Below are positions 1 through 27,680 of a DNA stretch of 64,000 nt, one piece after another; the first letter of the stretch is position 1, and each line of letters opens with the position of its first letter. The stretch is from the human T2T-CHM13v2.0 reference genome, Homo sapiens. A program made the position numbers and the translations under genes. Location: the NCBI RefSeq assembly GCF_009914755.1, contig NC_060925.1; one strand, written 5' to 3'. Under the pieces are notes generated by a model, which saw nothing but the letters and a program-made list of their open reading frames with translations, made no database searches and was not told where the DNA came from.

Positions 1-1140
<1,140 letters not shown>

Positions 1141-1239
1141 ATGGTGTTAAAATGGTGTGTAATCCTCTGGGACTGTTTCATTCAGGATTTGTTCAAAGTT
1201 GTCCTGTGTAACTACATGGCATAAGTGCAGTTGTGGGAG

Positions 1240-1870
1240 TGCACAACAGGAGACCTATGGGTCTGGAGATTGGGGAAGACCTGCCTCTGAGAGATGTGCT
1301 GTTAAGTCCTGAAAGATATGAGGGGTTAGACAGGTGAAGGGAGTGGAAAACATTCTAATAGAAGGAACAGCTTATTGGAAAGACTGGCAGCAATAGAGGC
1401 AGGTACTGAAAAGAGAGTGTGGGGAGTTGGGGGATGGTGGTGAGAGATGAGAGTTGGAGAGCTGTGCAGTGGCTAAGAGTGGAAGGCCTTTCAGAAGCCA
1501 TGCTAGGAGAGTCTGGACTAAGGTCACTGAAGAGCTTTAGAAGTGTTTTAAGTGGGGGTAGGAGGTAACAGCAGTATAGAATATTTGTTGGATGGGGAGA
1601 GACTGGAGGTAGGGAAACTAGTGAGAAAGCTATTGCAGGTGGCCAAGCAAGAGAGGATTATGGCCTGGACATGGGTTTTAGGGGAATGGGGAATGGGAAG
1701 AAGTGGGTGGATTTTGAGAGATACTTAAAAATTACAAGTGGAAAAACTTGGGATTGATTACATGTGGGGAGAGGGAAAATTGAGGATGAAGTTGGGATTT
1801 TAGGCTTTGGCAAGGTAGATGGATGGTGGTGTCATTTGCTGAGATAGGGAACACAGAAGAAGAATGGCAT
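1240..1870 (-). mobile_element. L2 LINE remnant (approximate)
   Basis: Purine-rich degenerate L2-like sequence (gatggtggtgtcatttgctgagataggg). Confidence 0.55.
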
Positions 1871-1921
1871 TTGGTGGGAGGGAGATGGCAGGCACTGTAA
1901 TCAGGAGGCCCATGAAGTTCA

Positions 1922-2299
<378 letters not shown>

Positions 2300-2549
2300 T
2301 ACTTGCGTATAGGAAAATTCAGAAAAGTATAGTTAATGGGTAGAATCTGCTGTATGATAAGAATGCTACTAACACTGTTTAGTTGCTGTCAATAAGAAAT
2401 TGTATTTTAAAAAATCCATTGTCCAGAAGATATGAACAGGTTTGTTTATGGTTGTTATAAAATTGAAGTGCTGAAACTTGTTCACTGAAACATTTTGACT
2501 TGTATTAATGCTTTACATCCCTACATTTATATTAAGAATTCACACAAAA

Positions 2550-2840
<291 letters not shown>

Positions 2841-3160
2841 AAGAATTCACACAAAAAATGAAAATGGAAAAACTGCAAACTGCAATACCGGATTTCTGTC
2901 CCCTATTTTTCTACTCACAGTGATATACTTAGGTACTCTTTTTTTTTTTTTTTTTTTTTGAGACAGAGTCTTGTGTTCTCACCCAGGCTGGAGTGCTGCA
3001 GTGGTGCTGTCTTGGCTCACCTGCTTACTTATCTCCATTCTCCTTCAGCTGGAGCTTGGTGAGCTAACACTGCACTTAGAGAGCGATGGTGATCTTTAAT
3101 TCCTTTTGAAATCAGAAGAAAAAAAATACATAGTAATCCAGCCTGATTATATTATTATAG

Positions 3161-6496
<3,336 letters not shown>

Positions 6497-7903
6497 CTAT
6501 GTTTTTTGCTAGAAGGGACATTTTTTCATTACTGCTTTTTCCACTAATATATTCCCATTAAAACTACCTTCAGGGTCTCTGCTCTTTATTTCTCTGCTCT
6601 CTTGGCTTCCACCTCTGGTTTTGTTGAGGTTCACAGGCTATCACAGTTCCGCAAAGGGCTCAGGTGTGTGTGGACCAGAACTTCCATGGGAGCTGTCAGA
6701 GTTAGCTCAGTGTTAATTTTTCTGCCTTCTCTGCCCCTGCCCCAGCCCCATAGCCCATGGAATAATGCTGGTTCAAGGCAGAAGTGCTTGTACAGAGGCT
6801 TCTTGCCTTTAGGTGGAGGAGTCACCAGTGCTACCTCTCTAGGACCCACATATGTCTACCTGCTGTCACCCTTGTCCCACTTGCTTTTTCTTAGTGTTGG
6901 GCTTAGCTTCTCTCTCATGTCCCTTTCTCATGTTCCTTCTCTTGTGCTTTACATGGCAGGAAGCTGCTGGGTCTGGGCTGATCTGCATGGCTGTACTCAG
7001 AGTGGGTGAGAGGCCACGTTGCCTACTGAGTACAAGTAAGGACCCTAGAACCAGGAAAGTCCTGCATTTGTAATGGCTTTGTGACTTGAGAAAGTGACTT
7101 AATCACTCTGAGCCTCAGTTTGCTCATTTGTAAAATGGAAACACCAGTAATATATGGACCTCATACAGCTGTTAGGATTAAATGGTAACATGAATGCAAG
7201 AGGCTTAGCTCTGTGTCTAGCATACATTGGTAGCCATCATTATTTTTATTTATATTTTTAAATATATATTTTTAAAATAGAGATGGGGTCTTGCTATATT
7301 GCCCAGGCTGGTCTCGAACTCCCAGACCTAAGTGATCCTCCTGCCTTGGCCTCCCAAAGTGTTAGGATTACAGGTGTGAGCCACCATGCCCGGCCTGGTG
7401 TTGTTAATATTATTTTATTAATACGATGGCTCCCATTTCTCCATCACTACTCTTTGATGAGCTGTTTAGTTCCCAAGGAGGCTGATGTGAGTATTAGATA
7501 TATTAGACATAACTGATGTAGCCAAAAAAAAAAAAAAAAGAATTGTGAGGTGTGCTTGGGAAGGTGTAACCCTATATGACAGTGGTTAAACCCAGACATT
7601 AGAATTATCCATTATTACTCAGGTTGGCTAAGTCTGTGGTATTTGCTTTCCAAGGTGCTATACCCTAGGGAAGAGCTAGGTATGCTCACTGGCATGGTTT
7701 TTAATGAGTGAATGGTTTCCTGGGTTCTAAGCCTCGTGGTTGACTGAGGCTGGGCCCTTCTGCTATCCCTGGATATTTGTAGAACCTTACATAAAGCCTC
7801 GAAGATGGATGCTGTTGTACAAAACCTAATGTGAAGCATATCATGATATTGTCCCATAACATCTCCAGTCAGTCCTGAATCCTTGTTTCTCCTTTCTTTT
7901 TAG

Positions 7904-8014
<111 letters not shown>

Positions 8015-8641
8015 TGAATAAATTAAAAACCTGCTTTTGTAAATACAAGCTTAGCTGGGAATTGAAGGTGCCAGTCCAGCGGTGGCTGTGTTTGGGGTGA
8101 CCCTCCTGAGGCCTGCATGAAAACTGTGTTAGCCTCAGTAAGGGCTGCCAAGACTAACTGCCCCTCATCTTCTTGGTAGAGGTGTCCCGGTGCTCAGAAA
8201 GCTCCTGGTGGGCCAAGATGGCTGATGGACCTGGGCTTCATTCAATCCAAGTGCATTCAGTAGCATCCCTTTTATGAGGCTGACTGTGTGGGAGGCCTGG
8301 ATTCTATAAGGTTTTTCCCTGTCTTATGTAGGGTACAGCATTATGCTAAAACTGGGGCTTGGAGGAATAGGGAGGCCAGCTTTCTCTCTCTCTCTTTTTT
8401 TTTTTTTAATTTAATAGAGATAGGATTTCACTATGTTGGCCAGGCTGATCTCGAACTCCTGGGCTCAAGCGATCCTCCCACCTCGACCTCTCAAAAAGTG
8501 TTGGGACTACAGGCTTGAGATACTACGCTTGGCTGTGGCCAGCTCTCAGGAGCTCTCAGAAAGCTCCATGAAAGTGCCCTTTAGAATTTCAGGCCTTCCC
8601 AGGATTGTCTTGAGTTGAAATGAACCAGATCTGGCACCTCA

Positions 8642-9061
<420 letters not shown>

Positions 9062-9159
9062 TCAGAGAGAGAGGGTCATATGGGAGCTCGGGAAAGGTTA
9101 TGTGAAGGACAAGTATTTGAGCTGGGCTTGCTGGAGCTCCTAAACATAGATTCAGGTGA

Positions 9160-9435
<276 letters not shown>

Positions 9436-9658
9436 TAGATGATTGGGGAAGGAGACTGCCTGGGGAAGAGCCTGTGGTCATGTCCAGTGAGTGGGCATTC
9501 CTCATCCCCTCCTGCCTTCCCAGGATGCTCACTCAGGAGGAGGAGTGATTGAGGTGATGACACAGGGAACCCATCCCTCTCTGAGCTAACTTTCTAACTC
9601 CTAAAGTAGGAACTTGCTATGGTTTTACGATTTATCAGCCAAGAAGGTCTTCTTTTAG

Positions 9659-9868
<210 letters not shown>

Positions 9869-9944
9869 TGAGCCTGGGAGACTACCATCCCTGGGACAGC
9901 AGCAGCGTAGGTGCCAAAGTGGACTGAAGGCTGTTATTCTCTAG

Positions 9945-10244
<300 letters not shown>

Positions 10245-10393
10245 TAACAAAGATGGCTGCACTCTCCTGCACAGCCTGCTGCTTTCTTACGTGTATGCTC
10301 ATTTATGGCCAGGGTGGAGGGCAATGCAGGGGTAGAAGAAAAGAGAATTTCCATTGAAAATAGTTGAAGTGGAGTCAGTTGTTTCCAGGCTAA

Positions 10394-10630
<237 letters not shown>

Positions 10631-10908
10631 TAGGAGAAAATCTGTCAAAATCTCTTCACTGAGTATTGCCTTCCAAGGGCTGTGCTAGTCACTGGGGAAT
10701 GCTGAAGACAGGATGCTGCCTTGGAGACAAGTGACAGGGAGAGCCTGTGATACCAAAATACAAGATACTGTCTGCCAAAAGAGGGCTGAAACAATGCTTA
10801 GAACCCTGAGGAGAGTGAGATACTGGGGGCTGATTGGCTTTGTTGCCTCTGGATAGTATTCCTAGACTAAAGAAGGACCTTGAAGGGTGGGTGGCAATGT
10901 TTAGAGGA

Positions 10909-12061
<1,153 letters not shown>

Positions 12062-12069
12062 GGGAACAG

Positions 12070-12285
12070 GTTCTAGAGTTAGAGACCTTTATTTGTATCC
12101 TGGCTCTGCCACTGACCAGCAGTGTGACCTTCAACAAGTTACTTTATCAGCTGAACCTCTGTTTCTACATCAGTAAAATGGGGTGATAATATCTGCCTCA
12201 TAGGATTATTGTGAGGATTAAATGAAATTATTAAGAAAAAGCTCTTATCGCAGTGCCTGGTATGTCATAAGGCCTTGGCAAACGT
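12070..12285 (+). mobile_element. MIR SINE (others at about 7075-7230, 15000-15200, 38430-38620, 46950-47190 on +; 35800-35970, 53915-54090 on -)
   Basis: MIR core tgtgaccttcaacaagttact...gtaaaatgggg...gtgaggattaaatga. Confidence 0.75.
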
Positions 12286-12995
12286 AAGCTCTTGGTGGTT
12301 ATTCCAGGCTGGGGGTACTTGCAAGAACAAAAGCAGAGATAAGAAAGTCCATACACCTTGTAGTAGTAGTTTGTGTTGACTTCTTGTTTCTTGTTTCTGG
12401 AACTAAGGGAATATGGCCGTAGTTACTTCCTGGCCTTTTCCAGTATGTGTGAATGGCAATAGAGAGGCTAGTACTTAGGAAGCAGTGAGGGTGGCTGGGA
12501 GCTTCCTACTATAGAGAATTTCCCAGGACTTCCCAGTGGGCTTGGCGACCCTGAGGCTATAGTCATTGTTTGCAACTTCTTGGGAGAGTTAACCTCCTTT
12601 GTATACCCCAGAGGTTCTAGTGGAGAGGTGGCTGAAAGACTTGGCCCTATCTGTCAACCAGTTGTCAGGCTAGGCTCAGCTCTGGGTACTGTAGATTAGC
12701 CCAGTTGTCTGAGGAACTTCAGAGAGGGGACAGAGGGAAAAAGCTTGCTTTTGGGTACCATGCTTTCTAGTTGTGAGCTATTTTCTGGTCAGTCATTGGC
12801 GGGTCTTCAAACTCCCAACTTCCTGGTAGGAGTAGGGAACTTACCAGGTTGAGGTGAGGTATGCATGTTACTGCCCTGTGGTTCAAGGCCCTGACATCTG
12901 CTTCATCACTGTGGAGGGGGACTATGCCAGGAGCCAGGTCCAAAGCATTGTGGGAGAGGAAGGCAGGCTGTAGCTGTTGAGCCTTTGAGGATTAG

Positions 12996-13178
<183 letters not shown>

Positions 13179-14419
13179 TAATTTTTGTATTTTTAGTAGA
13201 GATGGGGTTTCACCATGTTGGCCAGGCTAGTCTCGAACTCCTGGCCCCAAATAATCTGCGGCCTTGGCCTCCCAAAGTGCTGGGATTACAGGTTTGAGCC
13301 ACCGTGCCCAGCCTTTTTCTACTCCTTAGTGTTTTTTTCTTCCCCACTCTGTCCTGTTTTATGAGCTGACTCTGTGCAGGGCACAAGGGATGAGGCTGCC
13401 TCTTATCACACTGCAGCCCCTTGGCTGTTTACCTTTCTACTTGTTTACCTTTTATTTTGTCAACTGTCAGAGATCTGAGGAACCAAAAGTCCTGAAAAGA
13501 TGGTCACCTTACTCCAGGGAAGGAGAGGGTTTGTCCTGTTCAGACCCTGGAAAGGGAAGGTGCCATTTCAGGCTTTCATGTTCTCAGCTCCCACAGCATC
13601 TTCCTCCCAGTAACGCTTTTCTCTGGAACACAGTTTTTCATAATAACTTCTATGTACAAAATCTTTGATCCTCAATCAAAAGACACGGGATCAGCTCTGG
13701 CTTTGCCACTTACAAGCGTGACTTTCCACAGATGAGACTGCTCTGAGATTGTTTCTTCATCTGTAGAGTGGATGGCACATGGGCTACTTGAAAGGGATAT
13801 GATACAGATCAAGAGAGGATATATGGGAGCACTTTGTACAAGTGTATAAATAGCAGAGGGATTGACGTCATCGTCATCTCAATCTTAAAGATTAGGAGAC
13901 AAACTCAGGGAAGTGCGTAGTGACTTGCCCAGGTTCTCCTAGCGAGTACATAGTAAGCTGGAATGTGAATGCAGGTGTGAGATTCCAAGTCGTGGCTCTT
14001 TTTCCTATCCCTCTCTGCCTTGGATGCTTGGTGCAGGAAGAAGCTTGCCTTGGGTATGGAAGGGTTGTCCCTGTGCTCCTCATTGAGACCCATGTGGATC
14101 CTTAGTGACTGGTCCAATAGGGAGCTGGGGTTGGCTTTCTCTTTTGCAGAGACAGGATAGTGTGGCAGCCCATTTCATTCGCTGGGTTATTTATTAAGTG
14201 CCTTTTATGTGTCAAGCCCTGGAGATCTCACAATGCTGTCCCTCAGGGAGCTTCAGTTTAGAAGATCTAATTGTTGGTGCCCATTTCCCCTGGACCTGTT
14301 GGGTAATTTCCTCTGACTTTCAAGTCTCATTTCCCTCTTCAGTTCAGAAGTCTAAGGCTTTTTTTAGGGCTAGTACTTGGAGCCTCTAATAATTTTTTTT
14401 TTTCTTAATTAAATTTCTA

Positions 14420-14790
14420 GGCCAAATGCGGTGGCTTACACCTGTAATCCCAGGACTTTGAAAGGCTGAGATGGGCGGATCACTTGAGGTCAGGATTTCA
14501 AGACTAGCCTGGCCAACATGGTGAAACCCTGTTTCTACTAAAAATACAAAAGTTAGCCCGGCATAGTAACACATGCCTGTAATACCAGCAACTCAGGAAG
14601 CTGAGGCACAAGAATTGCTTGAACTGGGGAGGCAGGCACATGCCACCACACCCAGCTAATTTTTGTATTTTTAGTAGAGACAGGGTTTCACCATGTTGGC
14701 CAGGCTGGACGCAAACTCCTGACCTCAGGTGATCCACTTGCCTTAACCTCCCAAAGTGCTAGGATTACAGGCATGAGCCACCATGCCCCG
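14420..14790. mobile_element. Fused inverted Alu pair (sense 14420-14635 joined directly to antisense 14633-14790)
   Basis: Orientation switches at ggcag/caggc with no A-tail between. Confidence 0.85.
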
Positions 14791-16361
14791 TTGGTTTATT
14801 TAATCTTTAATAGCAACATTGGTCATTATTTCATTCTTTCATTCAACTAATATTCACTGAGCTTTGTCCTATACACTGAAATTATACAGGCGAATCTGAC
14901 ATAGTCTCTGCCTTAAGAAATCCTAGTCTCTGCCTAGTTGAGAAGATAAAGTACAGTAGAGTGTGATTAGTACTCTAGTATATATATTATGGATGAGGGC
15001 AGAGTGGTACAGTGTCCAGACTCAGAGTCATACAGACCTGAGTTCAAATCCCAGCTCTGCTACTTTCTACCGGCATGATTTTGGATAACTGTTTACCTCT
15101 CTGAATCTTAGTTTCTTCATCTCTAAAATGGATAATACAATTTCCATTCGTGTGGATTACAGAACAGAATACAGGTAAAGTGTTTAGTTAGTACCATGCC
15201 TACCACATTAAACGGGTTCACTAAATAGTAGCAGCCATTACGTATATAGTGCCACAGGAGCACAGAGTTGAGAGAGACAAGCAGCCTGGAGTCACTGAGG
15301 AAGGCTTTGCATAGGAGGTGACATCTGAGGAACTTGCCTGTGGAAAAGAGCTCTAGGCAGAGGGGTGGCATGGGCAAAGAGACATAAGGAAAGCCAGCAT
15401 TAGGAGTGACAAGGTCAGGATTCCTGGACCGTGACAAGCTTGGAGAGTGTCAGAGAAGTTCACTGGGGCCTCATTGAGAAGGGCTTTGAATGCTAAGCTA
15501 GTGAGCTTAAAGAGCTTGGACTTGATGCTATAGATGGAAGAGTCAGTGAAGGGTCTGCATTTAATTGCGTTGTCAAAGCCTGACCCAAGGGAGCAAGACT
15601 GATTGCTGATTCTTGGTTGAGTGGTTGAGTTTTGTGTGCCTTCCCCAGTATGGGGCTGGATGTAGAAAAGGTATGGGCCTAATCTTGCCCATGTAGTTCT
15701 TGGAGAAAGAGGGAAGGTTGTCCTTTATGATTTTCTTGAAAAAGGCTTAAAAGAAGTAGTAGAGGTGTGGAGAGAATGGGAGGACAGGACAGGGAGAATA
15801 GAGATTGGGGAAGAGATGTGAAGGGAAGCAGAGGGAAGCTCTTTAGCTCTACTAGCTGTGAGGATTCTGGTGGGACATGGAGCCTGGTCCAAGTCCCTTT
15901 AACACTGATGGCCCAGACAAGGCCTGGAGTCTAATACAGAAGGCGTCTGGCTCAGAAGGTTCTGAGTTGGGTAGGCTGATGTGGAGGGGAGGACTCCCTG
16001 AAAGCATGGGTTTGTCATATGTCCACATGATCTCTGAAGAGTATAGGTGGGCTGCCAAGGCTCTGGAGGTGGGGCAGGGAAAGGGATGGAAAGGAACAGA
16101 GGGAATCTTTGCTTTATGGGTATAGCACTGGTCTGGAAACAGGAAGTCTGTCTTTTGAGCCTAATATTCTCCATAGTTAAGTGGGTGAACCCTCTCTCAT
16201 GCTGCCCCCTGCCTAGTTCCCAAGGCCCTAGAACCTGTAATGTTTTTGTTTTTTGTTGAGACAGTTTCTCACTATGTCACTATAGTGGTGGCATATGCCT
16301 GTAGTCCCAGCTACTCAGGAGACTGAGGTGGGAGGATTGCAGTGCACTCACGGCTCACTGA

Positions 16362-16887
<526 letters not shown>

Positions 16888-17179
16888 TAACTCCAGCTGA
16901 GGAGAGAAAGAAGAGAATGCTAGTTATATGTGGGTCACTAGGCATTCTTGTAGGAAGGCTTCTCTTGTCAGGGAGTAGCAAAGCCATTGGGAGGCCTTGG
17001 ATCTGCTGAGCAACTCAGCAAAGCCCATGTTGGCCATTTTTCCATTGCAGAGGTGGCAGGGGCTATACAGGGAATGGTGTCATGATGAGCTGAGGGTGGA
17101 ATTATTATTTTTGTTCCTCAGATCCTAGCTCCCTTAGAAGAGTTTTGGCCTCAGAGCAAGCTCTGTCTTGGGCAGACGT

Positions 17180-19690
<2,511 letters not shown>

Positions 19691-19819
19691 TTTTGGCCTT
19701 TCAAGTCTTCACTGCTTTGATACCTCTCTGATCTGTTAAACAGAAATTGGCCTATATTTTGTTTAGCCTTGTTCTTGGTAGGAAGGCTGGTTTGTGAGAA
19801 GGTAGTCTGCCATCACTAG

Positions 19820-20005
<186 letters not shown>

Positions 20006-20585
20006 TAATGACCTTAAGCGAAGTCATTAGAATTGCCTCCCAAACCATCCATGGCCAATCCTTTGGGGGCTTTGCCTCTCTAGAGCCCTCAAAGGCTGGG
20101 ATTCTAGGAAGGGAGTGGGTTCTGTGTCCTAACTATGGCCACTGAATAAACAAGGGAGTCTTGGAGGTGAAGTGCCTGCTTTCTTTCTGGCTTGGGCTCT
20201 GTGGTCTGGTTTTGGTCTGTTTATCAGCCTGCTGAGGAAGCTTTTCTCTGATGCTGCTGGACTTCTTGAGCAAAGTATACCTTGGAGCATTACTAGTATT
20301 TCAGAAGCTTCCTGTCAGTTGGTCTCAGACCCGAAACATTAGGCTTCTCTTCCCAGGCCCCATAGTCATTCTGTGACAGGTAGGAGAAGATCTGAAAGGT
20401 GGTTGTGGCTCCCAGGCTAAGGGGACTGACTTTTTCATGGGAGTTACATAACCCAGAGGGTAGGCACATTCTGGACTCCTTTGTCCAGAGGTGGTATGCA
20501 CACTTGATAGGTTACATTCTAAAGAGTCCTCCTGCCCTTCCCAACAACTGCCTGGCTACCTGGCTACCTCTCCCTACCAATTTTA

Positions 20586-21570
<985 letters not shown>

Positions 21571-21686
21571 TGACATTTAATACTGTAAAAGAGGGCTAGT
21601 CTTGGTCCTTTGGGTGGTAGCTTTTATTCCAGTAGTTAGCATGGCAATTTTACCAGCCTCTTGCCTTTTTATCCTGTTTTCTCTAG

Positions 21687-21761
21687 ATGCCTGATACGGA
21701 GGACTTCTGATATCCTTTCTAAATATCTGCCTGTGAAGATTGAGCAGGTCGTTTGTTGTAG
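21687..21761 (+). CDS. RAD54L: RAD54L exon 11 ([25 protein letters not shown])
   Basis: ctctag|ATGCCT ... TGTAG|gtactg; 75 nt. Confidence 0.96.
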
Positions 21762-21892
21762 GTACTGAACTCAACTGAAAGATGTGGAGTGGGTCAAAGC
21801 CTAGCTCCTGAAGCATGGCTGGGCTCTCAAGGTGTTCTCAGAGGGCAGGAGGGTGGTCTAGCTTTTTCCACTGACCCAGCTGCCTTTTTTAG

Positions 21893-22023
21893 GCTGACAC
21901 CCCTTCAGACTGAGTTATACAAGAGGTTTCTGAGACAAGCCAAACCGGCAGAAGAATTGCTTGAGGGCAAGATGAGTGTGTCTTCCCTTTCTTCCATCAC
22001 CTCGCTAAAGAAGCTTTGTAATC
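21893..22023 (+). CDS. RAD54L: RAD54L exon 12 ([12 protein letters not shown]...SLKKLCN)
   Basis: ttttag|GCTGAC ... AATC|gtgagt; 131 nt. Confidence 0.96.
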
Positions 22024-22523
22024 GTGAGTTGGGCTTGTGTCCTGGTGTCCTCTGTGAGAGTGAGCAAGGGAGGGTAGGTTCCTGTAGTGGCCTGGCAACC
22101 CTCACTAAAACTCGTCCAGAGTCATCCTCATAGAGGCCACATGTGATTCCAACCCTACCCAAGGCATGAACCCTGCATTGTGGAGTCTGTTTACCAGACC
22201 CTTTGCTTTGGAAAATTGAACTCATCTTCTGTCCAGCCCATGCTTGATGACCTGGGATGTGTCGACTGTTTGTGAGTGCTTGCATGTACACACGCTCATA
22301 TACAATGTTGGGCAGGAGGAAAAATAACAAAGAAACCTTGCCTGCTCTGTTATAGCTCCCTTCTTGTTGGGAGAACACATTAGTGAGTGAGATTGTCCAT
22401 CCATCGTCCCAGATGGCACCGACTATATCCTGTTGGAATTTGGTAGGATGAAGATCAAGCAAGTCTGATGTTGAGGAAGGCCTTTTGGGCTAGGCTTCTA
22501 GAGGGAGTTCTAGTGAACACTGA

Positions 22524-22969
<446 letters not shown>

Positions 22970-23323
22970 TAGGGAAGATCCTAACCAGGATGCCAAAGGG
23001 GGATATACCCCTCCCCTACTGTCTGTCTAGTTCTGATTTGTGGATGTGGGCCAAGATCTGGGCACATAAGGGCTTTCCCTGGAGATATCTTCCCTTATTG
23101 CTATGATGGCCTCAGCTCTATCTCCAAGTAGAAGATCCCCTAGTCCTTCAGGTACTCCCTTAGGAAAGAGTCTTGGCCTCTAGCTCCCTGCCCCTGCCTT
23201 TGGGAGCTTAGGGCCTCAAGCATGGTTATTTCAGTCCCTTCAGTGGCTCTCCAAGGGACTCTGCTTTCTTGGGTCTTTTTAAAAAAATTTTTATTTTTAA
23301 TTTTTTTTCCCCCTAATCATTGA

Positions 23324-23536
<213 letters not shown>

Positions 23537-23671
23537 TAATTCCCCTAGTGGATATAGTAGGATTTGTCTGGTTGGTGATGGCTGGGCTGGAAACTGACTG
23601 TGTGTGTTGGGATTGGCTGGCTGGTGAGCAGATAAACTGGTGGTTTTCACAATTGGTACTGAGTAGTATAG

Positions 23672-24217
<546 letters not shown>

Positions 24218-26040
24218 TAGTCTTCTCTCATCCCCTGTCCTATTTGCATTCTCCAAGTTATAAATTATCACCTTCAGACCATCCGTCCCATAGTTCCTTT
24301 CTTGCAGCTTATGTCGTTGGACTTGACTACACTCTTTTCTTCCTTGCTGCAGTCCTCTATCCTCTGCTATATTCCTAATTCATTGATGACTTTGGACATT
24401 AGCTCAGCCTTCATTTCTTTCCCAAATCCAGCAATCATACTGGCTGACGTTGAGGACCATGTGGTTATCCAGCACTCTGGCCTTCATGTTTCCTTGACCT
24501 CATCTCAACCCCGCTTCGTCTAATTATTCCTAAGATCACACCGTGGAACTTGTTAGAACCCAGAACCTTAATAACTGTCATTCTACTTTCACTTCTTGTC
24601 CTCCTAGCTTTCACATACCTGCTGTATCTGCTTCAGCCTAATGTTCCTGTAGCCTCTCCCCTTCCCACCCTCCCACTCATCTGGCTTGACTTCCTTGTTT
24701 ATTTAGCCCAGTCTTCACTGTGCATCCTTTCAGCTACTCTTTTCCCAATACCCATTCCAATTGGATTATTTGAGCTGTTTTCAGCTTCTACACCAGCTAC
24801 ATTGCATTTACATGTTGGTACTACCACAAATTCATGTTCTCTTTTTGAGGTGGGCCATATCTCATTTCCTTCAACCATTTCAAGCATCTACCATTTCTCT
24901 CAAATTTCCTACCTAACTCATCTTCTTTCTACTCACTCATCAGACTCCTTATACCACTGAACCTACCTTCAAATATACTACTGAATTCCTAATTGCCAAA
25001 ACAGGAGACTATGAATTTTTCCTCTTCGTGTATCTCACACTGTTGACTACTAATCCCTTAAAAAATGCTCTTCTAGGCTGGGTGCTGGAGGATCACTTGA
25101 GGCTAAGAGTTCGAGGCTATAGTGAGCTAGGATTGTGCCACTCTAGCCTGGGTGACAGAACAGGATCCCGTCTTAAAAAAAAAAAAAATTTTTTTTCTCG
25201 TCTTTGGAAACTCCACTCTGGTTCTTCTACCTCTCTGATTACTCATTATACTGACAAATCTCTAACTATAAAATTTTAGCCCAGATCTCTTACCTGAGCT
25301 CTAAATCCCTATTTCTACCACTTAATCTACATTTCCACTTAGATTTCTAATGAGCACTTTAGAAGTATCATGACTAAACTCATTCCCCTTCCTTCTGATT
25401 GATTAACTGATTGATTTTGAGACACTTTCTTTCTGTTGCCTAAGCTGGAGTATAGTGGCACGATCATGGACCACTGCAGCTTCAACCTCCCACCTCAACC
25501 CCCTGAAGTAGCTGGGGCTACAGGTGTGTGCCACCACACCCGGATAACTTTTTTTCTTTATTTTTTGTAGAGAAGGGGTCTTGCTATGTTGCCTAGGCTG
25601 GTCTCGAACATCTGGACTCAAGCGATCCACCTTGGCCTTCCCAAGTGCTGGGATTAACGGCATGAGCCACCACACCTGGCTCCCCTTCTGAATGTTGTTC
25701 TTAATGGCTCCATTATCCACCCAACCCAAAACTGGGAATAATCTTACTGGACTATTCTTTTCTCCTAATAACCAGATTCCCACCAGTTTTCACTGATTTT
25801 TACCTTCTTGAAATTTCCTTAATCTAACCTTGCTCTCCAAGCCCTCCTGAGGTCATGGTCATCTGTCACTTGGATATTGCAGCAGCTTCCTAATTGTTTA
25901 CTTCTGTCTTATCCCAACCCATTGTTCACATACTGCTTCCAGAAGGAGCTTTCCAAAAATTCAGATTTTATTTTTCGTCTCTTCGAAGACAAGATTAAGG
26001 CCTTCAGCATGGCATCCAAGGTTTGTTTTTTGTTTTTTGA

Positions 26041-26145
<105 letters not shown>

Positions 26146-27013
26146 TAGCTGGGATTACAGGTGCCCACCACTACCCCTGGCTAATTTTTGTATTTTTAGT
26201 AGAGACAGGGTTTTGCCATGTTGGTCAGGCTGGTCTCGAACTCCTGACTTTGTGATCTGCCTGCCTCGGCCTCCAAAATTGCAGGGATTACAGGCGTGAG
26301 CCACCGTGCCTGTCCCCAAGGTTCTTTAATGTGGCCTCTGCTGACTTCCCAGTCTCAGCTCTTACTATACTCCCACCAACCTCCAGTTAGCCTGAACTAC
26401 TCACAGTCCTCCAATAGGCCAGTAGTATTCCTTTGTTCCTATGCTGGGAATACCTTTCTTTGTGTCTTTTCTTACAAACCATCTACTCATTTTCAAGATT
26501 GAGCTCAAGGATAGAGTTTCAAGTTTTCAATACTGTTCTACTCTACCATCCTTATGGACTCGCAGTTACCCTGTATAGATTTCTATCATTGTATCAACTG
26601 TTTAAATGTTTGTCTAGGAGCTAAAGGATAGGGGATATATATGATTCTTTTTTGTATGCTAATGTCAGCACAGGGTCTGGAATAGAATAGATACCTAAAT
26701 GATATTTATTGAATGAGTTAGAGTTGGGCTTGGTGCAGAAATCTGAAGCTGCAGCAGACAAACCTCAGTTCACCCTGACGGGATTTAGCCAGGCCCTGGG
26801 ACCCTTCATTAGTATAGAAAGTAGCCTGGGTGGGCAGACTATTCATGTCATGTTCTCAGGAGACAGACTGGGAAAATGGACCTCAGCTGAGTAGAGATAA
26901 TGTTCTGGGACTCATACTTTTTATTCATCTCCTCTTCTCGGGTAGCTGTAGTTTCAACCCTTTGGTTTTCCTGCTCCCTTTTTATGAGGATGGCTAAGCG
27001 CTGTATCTTTTGA

Positions 27014-27503
<490 letters not shown>

Positions 27504-27636
27504 TAACCAGCTGGTCTGGGTGTAGCTCTTAGAGGAAGGAGATAGGGAAAAGGGGCTCCTTGCTCCACAGGGCCCTGTTGAATTTTGTTCTCTGGGAGAA
27601 AATCATCAAGAAGGGCTGCATGATGTTTGCCCAAAA

Positions 27637-27642
27637 TTTATT
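27637..27642 (-). terminator. LRRC41: LRRC41 polyadenylation signal AATAAA (TTTATT on +)
   Basis: Canonical hexamer on - about 445 nt past the LRRC41 stop. Confidence 0.8.
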
Positions 27643-27674
27643 TTATAAGAAAAACTTTTTTGGTTAAAAAAAAG

Positions 27675-27680
27675 AATAAA
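27675..27680 (+). terminator. RAD54L: RAD54L polyadenylation signal AATAAA
   Basis: First canonical AATAAA after the stop codon, about 170 nt downstream. Confidence 0.85.

Noticed and set aside
6602-7073. 135-aa and 73-aa ORFs in non-Alu RAD54L intron 3 sequence
   Set aside because: Main ORF starts at TTG, no recognisable homology, and the RAD54L CDS length leaves no room for an extra exon
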